From positions 1 through 64,000 of the forward strand of contig NIVC01003025.1 of the NCBI GenBank assembly GCA_002269645.1: 64,000 nucleotides of DNA, written 5' to 3'. Of the stretch, positions 14,915 through 26,800 are shown piece by piece. Source of the stretch: Macrostomum lignano. Taxonomy: Eukaryota. The translations under genes were made by a program, and so were the position numbers. Within the stretch, counting starts at the first letter, position 1. Every line of letters begins with the position of its first letter. The notes under the pieces were generated by a model. That model worked only from the letters and a program-made list of their open reading frames with translations, had not been told where the DNA came from and ran no database searches.

Positions 14915-15400
14915 CACCAGGTAATTTTTTGTTTTCTTATTTGACTGTTATCTGGTGAGTTATCTGAATTTCACCAGATAACATGGCCCGAATCTTGCTT
15001 AGAAATCAGATTACATGACAAGATTTGCCACCAGATAATTTTTTGTTTTCTTGTTTGACTGTTATCTGGTGAGTTATCTGAATTTCACCAGATAACATGG
15101 CCCGAATCTTGCTTAGAAATCAGATTACATGACAAGATTTGCCACCAGATAATTTTTTGTTTTCTTGTTTGACTGTTATCTGGTGAGTTATCTGAATTTC
15201 ACCAGATAACATGGCCGGAATCTTGCTTAGAAATCAGATTACATGACAAGATTTGCCACCAGATAATTTTTTGTTTTCTTGTTTGACTGTTATCTGGTGA
15301 GTTATCTGAATTTCACCAGATAACATGGCCGGAATCTTGCTTAGAAATCAGATTACATGACAAGATTTGCCACCAGATAATTTTTTGTTTTCTTGGTTGA
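14915..15400. repeat. 114-bp subterminal tandem repeat of the outer element, about 4 copies
   Basis: caccagataa unit starts at 14915, 15029, 15143, 15257 and 15371. Confidence 0.9.
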
Positions 15401-16104
15401 TTGAATCTTGTTTGAATCGGAATTTCACAGGATAACATGGTGCGAATCTTGTTTGAAAATCAGATAACAGTACAAGATTCGCCACCAGATAATTCTCTGT
15501 TATCTTGGTTGATCGAATCTTGTTTGAATCGGAATTTCACAGGATAACATGGTGCGAAGCTTGTTTGAAAGACAGAAAACAGTACAAGATTTAAATCAGA
15601 ATAACTGTGCGTTATCTAGTCTGTAAGAAACCTGTGTGAATCTGAAATTTACCGGATAACAGGATGCGAATCTGGTTTGCAAACCAGATAATGGAAAATG
15701 CCTCAAAGATGCCTTTGTGTTATCCGGTCTGTAAGAACCCGTTGTACTTTTCACCCATAATTTTTTTCAGAATTTCGTGATCCAGGCCTAATTTAATTGA
15801 TTTCCAAGTGAAGGCCCGGATCAGCATTTTTAGCCCGGAATAGCCCCTTTTTCCGGAAATGTGATCCTGCAAAAGTTCGGGAAAAAGGAAAGCTGTTCCG
15901 GCTGCATTTTCCGAAATTTTTCACCTTGAACACTGCTAAATTCTAATTGTAGACCCAAATTTCAGGTTTTCCAAATGAAAATGTTCTGGATGAGATTTCA
16001 GGAGTTCAGTCGGAATTCATCAGAGATCTAGATCAAGTGATTCGGCAAATCCACAGGGATCAGCTCCCATTGACTCGAATCTCGATGAAGTTATGGATAA
16101 GACT

Positions 16105-16270
16105 GGACTTCGCGTCTGTTGTGGCTCAAGGCAGCTCATAAGCTGACCTGCGATGGATAATCAATCCTCGCTTCTGTTGTGGCTCAAGGCAGCTTATAAG
16201 CTGACCTGCGATGGATAATCAATCCTCGCTTCTGTTGGGACTCAAGGCAGCTGCTAAGCTGACCTGCGAG
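16105..16270. repeat. 58-bp tandem repeat, 3 copies, inside the outer element
   Basis: ctgttg(t/g)gg...ctcaaggcagct starts at 16116, 16174 and 16232; a related copy lies near 16714. Confidence 0.85.
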
Positions 16271-17022
16271 GGGTAAAGTGCCATATATCAGCAAACGCTA
16301 GCGCTCGTAATGTGAGGCCGTGCCCACCCTCCCTGCAGGTGATAGCTTTGTTGGCTCTTCGACAAACTATTGCATTCTTATTGTGCTGGAGAGGTTTGAC
16401 TCCCAATGGCATGTAGTCTGTCGTGGTTACTTAGTGTATCAGATTACCCTATTATCTGGTGCAGCTGGGTGTCTAGATGGAGCTGTGGCATGGTTCCAAA
16501 AGCTCCTACTGGCCCAGTTCTAAGGTAGCCTTTTTTTAAGACAGACGTTATTCTAGCTCTTGCTAGAGCATGCTCCATTGGGTTGTCTAAAGCGTCTGCA
16601 GTGTTGGTGTATGGCCACCAGTGAGGGATAATTGAACCCCGCTTCAACCGATGAATCAAAGTTGAGCAGTTGACTGAAAATGCTGACCTACGAGGGGTAA
16701 TCAAACCTCGCGTCTGTTGTGGCTCAAGGCAGCTGCTAAGAGTAGTCACTTTTATTTGACTACGCGGGTCAATCTTTAATCCGAGGGGTAATAAAGTCTC
16801 GAAATTGCAAGGTGGATTGATCTGCTTTTCGGAGGCACTGTAGCGTCCGTAATGTGAGGCTGTGCCCATCCTCCGTACAGGTGACAATTGAAAAATTGTT
16901 GCGCCCTGATTGTGTGCGAGAGGTTTGACTACCACTGGCATGTAGTCTATCACAGCTGCTTAGTGTGTCTTCTTCTTCTTCTTCTTCTCCGTTTATCGCC
17001 TTGCGGCGTGGAGTGAACAGCG

Positions 17023-17289
17023 TCAGGCTTCACCGCAAGTGCGTTTGTGTCGCGCCATGTTTGTCGCCGATAACGTTCTTCCGCACTTGTCGCATTCTGC
17101 TGTCTTCCTTCGGTATTTTCTTGCTCTTCTCTTGTTCTCCTCCATCTCCGGTGGATTGTGGTGTTGTTCTTTACATGTCTTTCTGTGCCTCGCTAGGTTC
17201 GATTTTACGATTGTGCTTCCACATTGCTGACATTTTACTCTTGACGCATCTATTTCCGTCTCGCCTTGGCACACCTTCTCATGGTTTGC
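17023..17289 (-). CDS. LINE ORF C-terminal part (zinc fingers), separated from the rest by the CACTG element
   Basis: ANHEKVC...CQQCGSTIVKSNLARHRKTC...CDKCGRTLSATNMARHKRTC joins in frame to ...QEATL at 23899. Confidence 0.88.
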   Translation of the reverse strand, partial: ANHEKVCQGETEIDASRVKCQQCGSTIVKSNLARHRKTCKEQHHNPPEMEENKRRARKYRRKTAECDKCGRTLSATNMARHKRTCGEA

Positions 17290-18199
17290 CACACTGTAAA
17301 TCTTATGGGTCCGGATAAGGTCCGAATTGCATAATGCGGACCTTCATGCCTGAAGGCGGACCTTCATGTCTGAAGGTCCGATTTTTTTGGTCAGAGAAAA
17401 CGAATGAAATTTTTTCAAGTGCCCTCAAATGATATTTTTTTAAGCACACGCGAGATTTTATAGAGAAAAACGGACTGGAAATAAATTTAGGTTTTATACC
17501 ACCGTATTTTTTGCCGCATAAAAACACAAATAAAATTATCCGTCAAATGTAATTGCATCAATCGAAAGCTCTAAATGCCTTAAATTAAAGGAATTATATA
17601 TTGTATTCCTTTTAACAGGTACAAGCGCATTTCTAACACAGATCAAAAATATGTTGGGAACTTTTGTTTCACTCTACTAACTTCGAACATTTAGATTGTT
17701 GCGTGCAATTCGTTCTGATCAAACCTAAAAATTAGTGCTTTTTAAACGTTTTTACGCGTTGTCCATTCTCACAACGACGAATTTAGTAGGCTTATCCACT
17801 GTCCAGGATATGTTAAATGGAGATGAAAATGTAATTTCAAAACTATTTCAATGTAGTATATGTCTTCATACACACAAGGATTTATTTAAGCTTATAAGTC
17901 ATAAAACTATACCATTCTTTTGGGAATAGCAATTTTTTATGTCCAGTTAGGGGATGTTACCATATTAGTGTTACAATTGAAGGATTACAAGCACATGCCT
18001 ATCGTATGCACAAAAACAGTGTTGTTGATAATTTTTCCCAAGACCAAGTTCTACAGCCAAATTGTGTTCATAATAACCCTACTCTAGACTTATTAGGAAA
18101 CCCTTTAGAAAATGAATTGCAAGCTGTGCCTATAGATATAGCCATATTATCTACTATTTGTAACCAAGTTGAAAATGAAAAAAAGACCCTGAATTTGAA

Positions 18200-20368
18200 A
18201 TGTCTAGTGATTTTTTATGTGAAAATACAAGAAAACATCTTGCTGAAAATTTTGTTTACTTTTATCTAAAGTCTAGACATTTCTTTTTAATTCCTAAAAC
18301 TAAAAGCAAATCTAATCAATTATGTGAACTTGTTAAGGAAATAGTATTGAAGTTTGCTGATGACTATTTTTTGTTATTTGAGCAATTTTTAAAAGAAGAA
18401 TGTCCTTCAATAGTTAACAGCTATAATTCTTATAAAAATAAATTAAATTTGCAAGAAATGATTGACCTTTCATTAGAGCATCTATTAAGTAATAAAAAAA
18501 TATTTGAAATTTTACAAAACAAGTTTAATTTTGTTGAGCCCATTGAAATCATAGATGAAGAATCAAAATTAAAAATTCTATATATTCCAATAAAAGAAAC
18601 ACTTAGTTCTATTATAAAAAATGAGACATTGCTTAAGTATATTATTACAAATTCTTATTTAAATGCAACCAACAAAGAAAATTTTTTTTTCAAGTCTACT
18701 TATTTTGAAGAACATATTAGTCCATTGTTAACAAATAAGAATGGTATATTCATAAAACTTTATTCAGATGAAATTGAAATATGTAATCCTATTGGGTCTG
18801 CCAAAACAAAACATAAATTATATGTAGTATACTTTACTATTCTTAATTTCCCTGAATATCTTAGTTCATCTTCAGACTTATATTTTCTTTTAACAGTATT
18901 TAATGATTCAAATGTTAAAAAGAAAGGTTTACAGTTTTGTTTATTTCCATTAATTAGAGAGCTGAATGAGCTTTACTTTGAAGAATTTCAAATAAGTAAT
19001 TTGATAAAAATGCCTGTTATTGCTGCTTTCATGACTGGGGATAATTTATCAATACATAGAATGTTAGGTATGCAAACTTGGTTTTCAAGTGGTTATATTT
19101 GTAGATTTTGTTTTATAGGTTATAAACAGCTTTGTAGCATTAGATTAGAAGAATTAAGTACATTATTCCTATTTGAATATCGAGATAATTCATCATATAT
19201 TGAAGATTTTAAATCCTTAAGTAATGGTTTAATTTCACCATCTGTGTTTAGAAGTGTAGCATATATTAACTTTCAATATTTTTTCCCCCCTGATATAATG
19301 CATGATGTGTTTGAAGGGTTTTCTCATGTTGTTATATGTATTATTCTATTAAGTATTATTCAAAATCATAATATTAGTATAGACTATATAAACAAACAAC
19401 TAAATTTGATTAAAGAAGTCAGTATTCCTACAATAAATAAATATCACTTACAAAATTATCATCTACCATGTACTTCTAATCAAATAATTGTTATTCTACA
19501 ATACTTTGGACTTTTATTTGGACATTTGTTTGAGTTGGATGATGATATTTGGATATTATTTAATTGTCACAGGCAGTTTCTTGACATAATTTTGTCCCCA
19601 TATGATAGTAGCATAAACTTAGAATATTTTCAATCTCTTATTTCTGGCCAATTAGAATTAATATATAGAAACACGGGCTTCAATCCTAAATATAAATGTA
19701 AATTGCATTATATATGTCACTATCCTGAATTTTATCATTATTATAGTGGTCTTAAATACTTATGGTGTATGCGAGGTGAAGCTCATCATCAATTGCTTAA
19801 GAATATAAACAGGCATGCAAGAAATTTCAAAAATCCTGCCTATACATGTGCAAAACAATATCAAATTCAAAAGGCACTTATCATTAAGCACTATGAACCA
19901 GGTACAATTAAGAGCCATAATATAAATCCTATTAGCTTAAATATGCTATTGACAATAGATGAACAAACTGAGTTATGCAACAATATGAATTTAGATACAG
20001 ACTCAATTATTGGCACTATTTGTCTTTCTACTAATGAACTAAAATATCAGGGGTTTGTATATCGGACTCCAACATTAAATTACCGTTATTGTTTGCCAAT
20101 TTTAGAACCAACTGGAATTGCTTTAGCATTAATTAGCCATATTATTCAACTTTCCAACAAGTGGATAATTATTTGTAAAAAAGTGAATGCTAAATTTTCT
20201 TGTCATTATAGCAGTTTTATATGCACTGTGAATAATGACCATTTAGTATTTATTGAACCTACTCAGCACTTTTTTCATCAGCCAATTCCATTTTTAATGT
20301 ATCAAGGGAAACTTTTTCTTTCTTTAAAATATTATCCAATGCTACATTGCCAAAACATTGATCAATAA
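18200..20368 (+). CDS. CMC/EnSpm-type DDE transposase (722-aa ORF; N-terminus probably extends to 17810 across two frameshifts)
   Basis: Motifs LYSDEIEICNPIGSAKTKHKL, GDNLSIHRMLG, CRFC, PPDIMHDVFEG, KLHYICHYP and WCMRGEAHH are typical of metazoan EnSpm transposases; the ORF lies within CACTG termini. Confidence 0.88.
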   Translation: MSSDFLCENTRKHLAENFVYFYLKSRHFFLIPKTKSKSNQLCELVKEIVLKFADDYFLLFEQFLKEECPSIVNSYNSYKNKLNLQEMIDLSLEHLLSNKKIFEILQNKFNFVEPIEIIDEESKLKILYIPIKETLSSIIKNETLLKYIITNSYLNATNKENFFFKSTYFEEHISPLLTNKNGIFIKLYSDEIEICNPIGSAKTKHKLYVVYFTILNFPEYLSSSSDLYFLLTVFNDSNVKKKGLQFCLFPLIRELNELYFEEFQISNLIKMPVIAAFMTGDNLSIHRMLGMQTWFSSGYICRFCFIGYKQLCSIRLEELSTLFLFEYRDNSSYIEDFKSLSNGLISPSVFRSVAYINFQYFFPPDIMHDVFEGFSHVVICIILLSIIQNHNISIDYINKQLNLIKEVSIPTINKYHLQNYHLPCTSNQIIVILQYFGLLFGHLFELDDDIWILFNCHRQFLDIILSPYDSSINLEYFQSLISGQLELIYRNTGFNPKYKCKLHYICHYPEFYHYYSGLKYLWCMRGEAHHQLLKNINRHARNFKNPAYTCAKQYQIQKALIIKHYEPGTIKSHNINPISLNMLLTIDEQTELCNNMNLDTDSIIGTICLSTNELKYQGFVYRTPTLNYRYCLPILEPTGIALALISHIIQLSNKWIIICKKVNAKFSCHYSSFICTVNNDHLVFIEPTQHFFHQPIPFLMYQGKLFLSLKYYPMLHCQNIDQ

Positions 20369-20699
20369 TCTACAATCTTAGTGGGTATCATTTTAGATAA
20401 ATTTAAGCATATAACAATATGGCATACACTTGCACTTCATAAAATAACAAATTATTACAAGGGCCACCTTGCCTCTAGCACAAGGAACTGTGCTCTCCAC
20501 CTTACATAGATTTCTGGCCTATAGGTGTCTAACCTTTTTATGATAGGTCGGCTTGCCCTTCCTTGACTAGGCTAGTTCTATGTAGATGGTGCAGGTTTTC
20601 GAACCATTTCTTGCCTAAAATGGGTTCATCCTCTGTCTAAGCTTGTTGAAGCTTCAGCTTTTAGTATTGAAGAGTGAAGATTGTTCAGAAAAAAGCAAC

Positions 20700-21215
20700 A
20701 AAAAAACAAAAACATCATAAAAACACTAAACATTTTGTTGTCACAGTCATTACTTATGGCTGCAAGGTATGGGGTCCACTGGCCAGGCAATCAAAAATTA
20801 AGGATCTGGATAATATTCAATTGAAATTCTATAAGTCTCTCCTTAAATTCTTAATCTACCAGAGCATACATACAAGCAATAAAGTCATACTTAATGAACT
20901 CAACATTCTTCCTATTTCTGAAATCATTAAGAAAAGGTACCTCCTTTTCTGGTTAAAACTTATTTAAAGCTAACTCTACTACCACTAGTCTCTTTAACAA
21001 CAATGACAATCCAATTGATCCTTGGAAGAAAGCCATCTCACAGCAACTTAAAGGCATTGATCTAATGCAAAAACTTCTACTGTTTAAATTGTATTGTCCA
21101 TTATTGACAACTTTTGTTAACACTAATTTATTCATATCTAATTAAATACACTCTATTAACATAACGGGCACTACTTGCCCAAGCCAATTAACTACTACTA
21201 CTACTACTAGTACTA
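20700..21215 (+). pseudogene. Decayed 5'-truncated LINE fragment (RT C-terminal region) inside the CACTG element
   Basis: YGCKVWG...LDNIQLKFYKSLL...NELNILPISEIIKKRYLLFW resembles the post-RT region of LINEs and is followed by a (CTA)n run near 21190-21210. No TSD found. Confidence 0.5.
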
Positions 21216-21347
21216 CATTAAGTCAAGCCAAGGACAAAAGCCGAAAAATCATAATGAACAAGAATTCCTTGGCTTTATAAATTCATTTTATCTGTGTCTT
21301 ACCAGATGTATTCTGATTGAGGTTGTGCACATCATACCTCATTTCAG

Positions 21348-23066
21348 CTTCGAATCTGCAACGGCTCAGAGGAGCGCAAGAAGCTCCTTCCAGCTTCTGG
21401 CCTGACCTTGGCGGACCTTCGCATCAAAGGTTGTTTAAAATTGGACATTGCAGATGTTGAAAATGTTCGCATTGTCACTTCTGACGGTTTCGAAATCGAC
21501 GACGATGATTTAATATCGGAGGTGGCAAAGGAATGTAGAACTGTGTACTTCCTTCTTTCTGGAGAGTTGCTTCCAAGCTGCGGTGCATGCCCTGTAGAAC
21601 CTTCAACTACACCAAAGCAGCAAAGCGAAATACGCAATGTCGAGATTGCCACAACACCGAGTCGAGGCACACAGGCTCTGAGTCCAAATCCAGCTGTAGC
21701 AGCTACGGCTGCAACTACACTTCCATGGCCCGAAGTGTACTCGCTTCCACGAATGGACGATCTCGCCAACGCCCTTCGTGATCTACGAATGCACCCCGAA
21801 AAGGGTTCCGATTTAAAAATGAACGCGACGTTTGTCAACAAGTTCCTTAAATTCATCGTCGATCACATCTGTTTGAACTATCTGTCGCCAAATGAACCAT
21901 ACCTGTCATCTAGCCAGATAACAGATGTGTGCACTTCCATAGTAACTTCGTATCCTGGACTGAAGGACACCTCATTAAGTGGGAGCTCAAGCTTTTGGCG
22001 CCAAAAGCTTATTCGGCGTTTCAAAGAGCTCCGGTTCGTTGGCGACTTTGTCGACAAGAGCAGCCCAACGGTTCAGGAGATGCGACGGAAGCATGGTCGA
22101 CTTGGTCATCGGCGTATAATTCTACCAAATGCTGCTGCAGCTGCTGCAGGCCCAAGTGCGGTTACTGTGAGCCAAAGGCATAAACGGCAGTACAAGGAAG
22201 TTGAAGGCCAGGAAGATGATGACGACAATGAAATTATAGCTTCACGTGCTAAAAGAGCCAACAAGCAGCGTATCAACGACGACGAAGATCTGATCGAAGA
22301 AGAAGGCGATGATGATAGTGATGCAGACGATGCTGGCAGTGCAATGGCGAAGAGCGTTGACTTCGGCGAGTTCGATACCGATGTACCACCGTCACACGAA
22401 GCTCGTCGAACGAGATTGAACGAGACTCATCATGACTCTTCAATATCAGACGTTCTCAACGAAATGCAGGCTCTGTTTCCGATTCGAATATTGCGGTGCC
22501 AAGATTTGACGGTTAGTGACGAAATTGCCTTATATGCGCCACTGGTAAACATCGCAGTACTGCAGCAGGAGGCGTATCTCATGATCCAGACATACAACAG
22601 AAGCAAAACTGACTATGTACTTCCACCAAGTCCATCGGAAATGAGAAGCAGGATTATTAACGCCTTGTTGCTTGTGTACAGTAAAAGTCAGTTGCTAAAA
22701 AATTTCAAGCTGTGCAAGGATTATGTGGAATTGCCAGTTGTTTCAGAGGAGGACAAGCTGCCTGTGGCTGTCTTTCTTCTTCTCGGTCGGTTGCGAGTCG
22801 ACCCGTCTATTATTCTTCGCGACGCACTGCCAGTCAGAATTCTGACAGAGGATGGAAAATGGTGCGGCGTTTTCGTCAACGGTGCGAGCATCCCATTCGA
22901 CAGTGTTACTGACTCGATAATTGCATTTGTAATTGTCTTCATCGCGTTCAACCTCCAGCACCTCCCTGCCCTAGAGGCGTTTCTGGAGGTAATCGAAGTG
23001 CTGTCGGGCCTTCGCAAGAAAGCCGTCCGCAAGGCTGCAGTAGCTATTTTGGATGCACTTCGTTAG
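21348..23066 (+). CDS. Transposon accessory ORF2 with a CIDE-N-like N-terminal domain
   Basis: Frame is open from the atttcag acceptor at 21347 (LRICNGSEERKKLL...) to TAG at 23066, with an acidic central region. It sits where metazoan CACTA elements carry a second ORF. Confidence 0.72.
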   Translation, partial: LRICNGSEERKKLLPASGLTLADLRIKGCLKLDIADVENVRIVTSDGFEIDDDDLISEVAKECRTVYFLLSGELLPSCGACPVEPSTTPKQQSEIRNVEIATTPSRGTQALSPNPAVAATAATTLPWPEVYSLPRMDDLANALRDLRMHPEKGSDLKMNATFVNKFLKFIVDHICLNYLSPNEPYLSSSQITDVCTSIVTSYPGLKDTSLSGSSSFWRQKLIRRFKELRFVGDFVDKSSPTVQEMRRKHGRLGHRRIILPNAAAAAAGPSAVTVSQRHKRQYKEVEGQEDDDDNEIIASRAKRANKQRINDDEDLIEEEGDDDSDADDAGSAMAKSVDFGEFDTDVPPSHEARRTRLNETHHDSSISDVLNEMQALFPIRILRCQDLTVSDEIALYAPLVNIAVLQQEAYLMIQTYNRSKTDYVLPPSPSEMRSRIINALLLVYSKSQLLKNFKLCKDYVELPVVSEEDKLPVAVFLLLGRLRVDPSIILRDALPVRILTEDGKWCGVFVNGASIPFDSVTDSIIAFVIVFIAFNLQHLPALEAFLEVIEVLSGLRKKAVRKAAVAILDALR

Positions 23067-23898
23067 ATGATTTTATAACGCCTAGACATGACTATTGTAA
23101 TCATTTTCATTTTTATAATAATTATATTCATTTTCATGTTAGTACGATTGAATATGACTGTGAATTAATCGTAATCACAAGCCTAATCACAATCACAATA
23201 TTTATTTTCATATTCACAATCATAATCATAGAGTGTTATCTGTCATCAGAGGGTCACGGCGATGTTGGCTGCTTATTTATTGCCCTGTGTATTTAGTTTG
23301 TGCTTTTTAGTCTGTATATTCAACTTCACTCTTTGAGTGACCAAAGCAAACACTTATTCGCAATGTGTAATGTGCAACAAATAATTACTAAATATTATTA
23401 TTACCACTGTTTTTGTACAACAACAATAAATATTTTAGGATCAATCTTTATATACCATAAAAAATACTTTAAATTGGTTAACATCCTTCATAAACATGCA
23501 ATTGTTGATTACGAATGCTTCACTTCTTACTTTTCTTAAATTGAGCAATGACTGACAACATTGTATGCCTCACATAATGTAATTGGGAACAATTTTACAG
23601 GTAAGGAAATTCATACCTATAATAGTGGGTATTTTGTGTCTTGCAGATCAAGTGAATACATTTTGGGGTGTAATCGTTTTTATATTTCGGACCCATAATG
23701 CGGACATCTGAAAAATATGGACTTTGCAATAGGGACCTTTCAAAATACGGACCTTTCAAAATACGGACCTTGCAATACGGACTTTACAATACGGACCCAT
23801 CAAAATACGGACCTTTCATGGTCCGTTATTTCGACGCTCCGGACCCTCCACAATGGACCTTTCCCGGACCCTTCTTCGGACCTTTAGGAATTACAGTG

Positions 23899-26800
23899 CA
23901 GGGTCGCTTCCTGTCGGAACTCCTTGTCGCATTTGTGGCATCTGAATTTCACCGGCTCTTTAAACACGCGATGCATCCTCTTTTGGTGGATGGTTAGTCC
24001 GCCCTTGCTTTTACACACTTTGCCGCAGAGTTCGTATTCGCATTTGAAGCCATCTCCAACCTCTCTCGGGTTCGTTTTTACGTGGTACCGTTCTTGACTT
24101 CGTTCGATCAGGCTGTTGTTACTGTCCGTCTTGGCCTTTTTTCCTTGCACTCTCTCCCACTCTTGTAGGTGTACAGTCCGCTGGTGTACTACGTTCCGCC
24201 AGTGTTTCCTGTCTAGAACGTGGCGTTCGATGTCTTGCGGTTCCATACCGGCTTCCCGGATGAGGCGCTTCCAGTAGGATATGGTGTTGTTTTTCCGTTT
24301 TTTGCGCTTAGGGATCCTTTCCAGGCCTCTGTACCACCCTAATACGGCTTGCTTTATTTGTCTGTCGTCTTCCATCCGTAGGACGTGGCCAATCCTTTTT
24401 AGGTGACTTTTCTCAATCTTTGTTCTTAATGACACAACACCTAGTTCGTTGCGGATATCTTGCATATTTACTCCTAGGCTTTCCATTTCGCGCAGCGGTT
24501 CCATTCTCTTGTTGGACCAAATGTTGCGGTATGTTTTGTCGATGAACTGTTGCATTTTCTTGATTTCGCCGAGCAGGAACGGGCGGGTGTTCGCATGGAA
24601 CAGGAGTACACTTTCCACGCACGCCTCGACCACTTTAGCTTGTGTGGTCTTTTTCAGGCGGCATCGATGGAACCTTTTCCTGATCGCATTCCACGCTTTG
24701 GCGGCTCTCTGGATTCTTTGCTGTGTGTCGTATCTCCTATCCATCCACGACCCTAGGATGCGAGTTTTACCTCCGGCGGATGTTCCTAGGGCCATCTCCT
24801 CCTGTTTCTCGTCATTTGTCAGTTCTTCGAACTTCTTCATATTCTCTTTGGTCGTTGTTAGGCTTCTCGTCAGTTCTCTGCCATTGCCTAGGATGGTGGT
24901 GTCGTCTGCAAAGAGCGATGAGGTCCACTTGACCGTTCGCATCTCCGAGTTGTACTGGTTGGTTCTCTGAGGTGGCAAGGAGTGTCCAGGTAAGTACGTC
25001 CATTCCACCCCGCAGCTTAATCCTCTGCTGGCCGCTTCTGTCTCCCGAGTTTCTTCCGCTTTCCTGATGCTCGCCTGGTGGTAGATGTTAAATAATATCG
25101 GGGAAGTTGGGCATCCCTCGCGTAAGCCTCGCTCGGGTAGCCATGTTTCGCTTGATTTCTCCTTGCCTTGCACTTTATACGCGGTATGTTCATGCAGGTC
25201 TTTCAGTTTTTCGATCGTCTCTTGCGGCATCTTGTACGCTTGGAGGATTCCCCACAGGATCGGCTTGCACACTCTCGGATATGCCTTACGGAGGTCTAGG
25301 AGGATTGCCGTTTCTGTGTCTTCGATGTTGCAGTCTCCTGATGCTCTTTTTGTTTCCAGGTACTCGGCAATGTCCTCGTGCATCCTGGTGAATATCTGTG
25401 CGTTGTCCGCCGTCGATCTTCCACTTCGGAAGCCGTTCTGGTTGTCATCTAGCGCTCCTATCACTTCTGCCCAATTCCGGATTCTGGTAGCCAGAATGCG
25501 GGCTAGTATTCTGCTGAGCATAGGTAATAGGCAGATTCCTCTGTAGTTATTCATGTCTGCTCGGTCTCCCTTCTTGAATAATGGAATAATGAGTCCAATT
25601 TTCTCGTTGTCATTCCATTTGTGCGCTCGCTCTTCAAACAGAAAGCGGATCCTTGCATACAGTTCTTTACGTACTGCGTCTGGGGCGATTCTAATGTATC
25701 TGATACGAAGTTCGTCCTCCCCGGGACTTCGGTCTTTCATTTCTTTAATGGCTGCTTCTATTTCAAGGTCCGTTGGGACTGTCGTCAGTTGTGTTCTTGT
25801 CTTTTCCGTATCTTCCTGTTCCTTCATGGTTTTGATTGATCTGATCAGTTCGGCTGTTTCGGTTTCCGGGTTTTCCAATCTAGTCCCTTGGATTCTTTCC
25901 AAATGGTTCTTGAAGTCATCTTCGTCAAAGTTGGTGTCTGTTCCGCTGTTGTTCCACTTTCCTCGCTTGTCCAACATCCTTAATTTCTCATAGACCACTG
26001 CGATCTGGCCTCTATCCGCGGCATTTCTGCATTCCTCAGCGATTGCGTCCCACCAGTTTTCCTCCCATTCCGCGAGCTTCTTTTTTATCTTTTTTCGGAT
26101 AGTTGTAGTCGCTAGGCGGGCTAGGGTCGTCGCCGCCGAGGTGGGGTCTTCTCTGACGCATGCGTTGCGATGGGCCAGCGTTTCTGCCAGCTCTCTTTGT
26201 TGTGCCTCGTGTTCGTCCAGGTGGGGGGCCATCCACGGGTTCGTTACTCGTGTCACCGTGCCGCATACGTGCCTTGCACTGTCGATGATTGAGTTTTGAA
26301 CGTCTGTCCATTTCATGTCTGTGAGGTTCCTGTCCTGCTTCTCTCTTAGTTCTTCGAATCTTGTTAGTATTTCTTTTTTTAACTCAGATGCCTTGTTCTC
26401 GTCGTGGAGTTTCCTCCAGTCGATGTTCTTCCGCCTGCGTCTCGTCTGGTCCTTGACGTACTTGTTCCGTGTCCAGCCCCGAATTATGACGGTTTTGGGC
26501 AGGTGGTCCGACAAGTTGCACTTGTTGTGGTTCTTTATCGTTTTGACCAGGCGGTGTCTGTCCTGCGCGCGAGTTATGAAGCCGTCTATCTCATACCACG
26601 TGCCGGTGCTTGGATTTCTCCAGGTTCCCCGGTTTTTTGACTTGTGGAACGAGTTGATCCAGGCTAGATCATTTGTCACTAACCAGTTTGCGAGGTCTTC
26701 GCCCTGCTGGTTGGTCAGTGCTAAGCCAAACTTTCCTCGATGTTGCGCGTCTGTGCTTTCAAATTTGCCAATCTGTGCGTTCATGTCACCGCCAATGATG

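Larger units (their letters stand above)
17292..23898 (+). mobile_element. CMC/EnSpm (CACTA-like) DNA transposon, 6607 bp
   Basis: Termini CACTGTAA...TTACAGTG; 2-bp TSD CA at 17290-17291 and 23899-23900; many CGGACC/GGTCCG subterminal repeats in both orientations (17300-17380, 23685-23885); two ORFs. Confidence 0.92.

Noticed and set aside
16444-16953. 169-aa minus-strand ORF inside the outer element
   Set aside because: It runs across internally duplicated blocks, has no recognisable domain, and the sister block is not open in a matching way.
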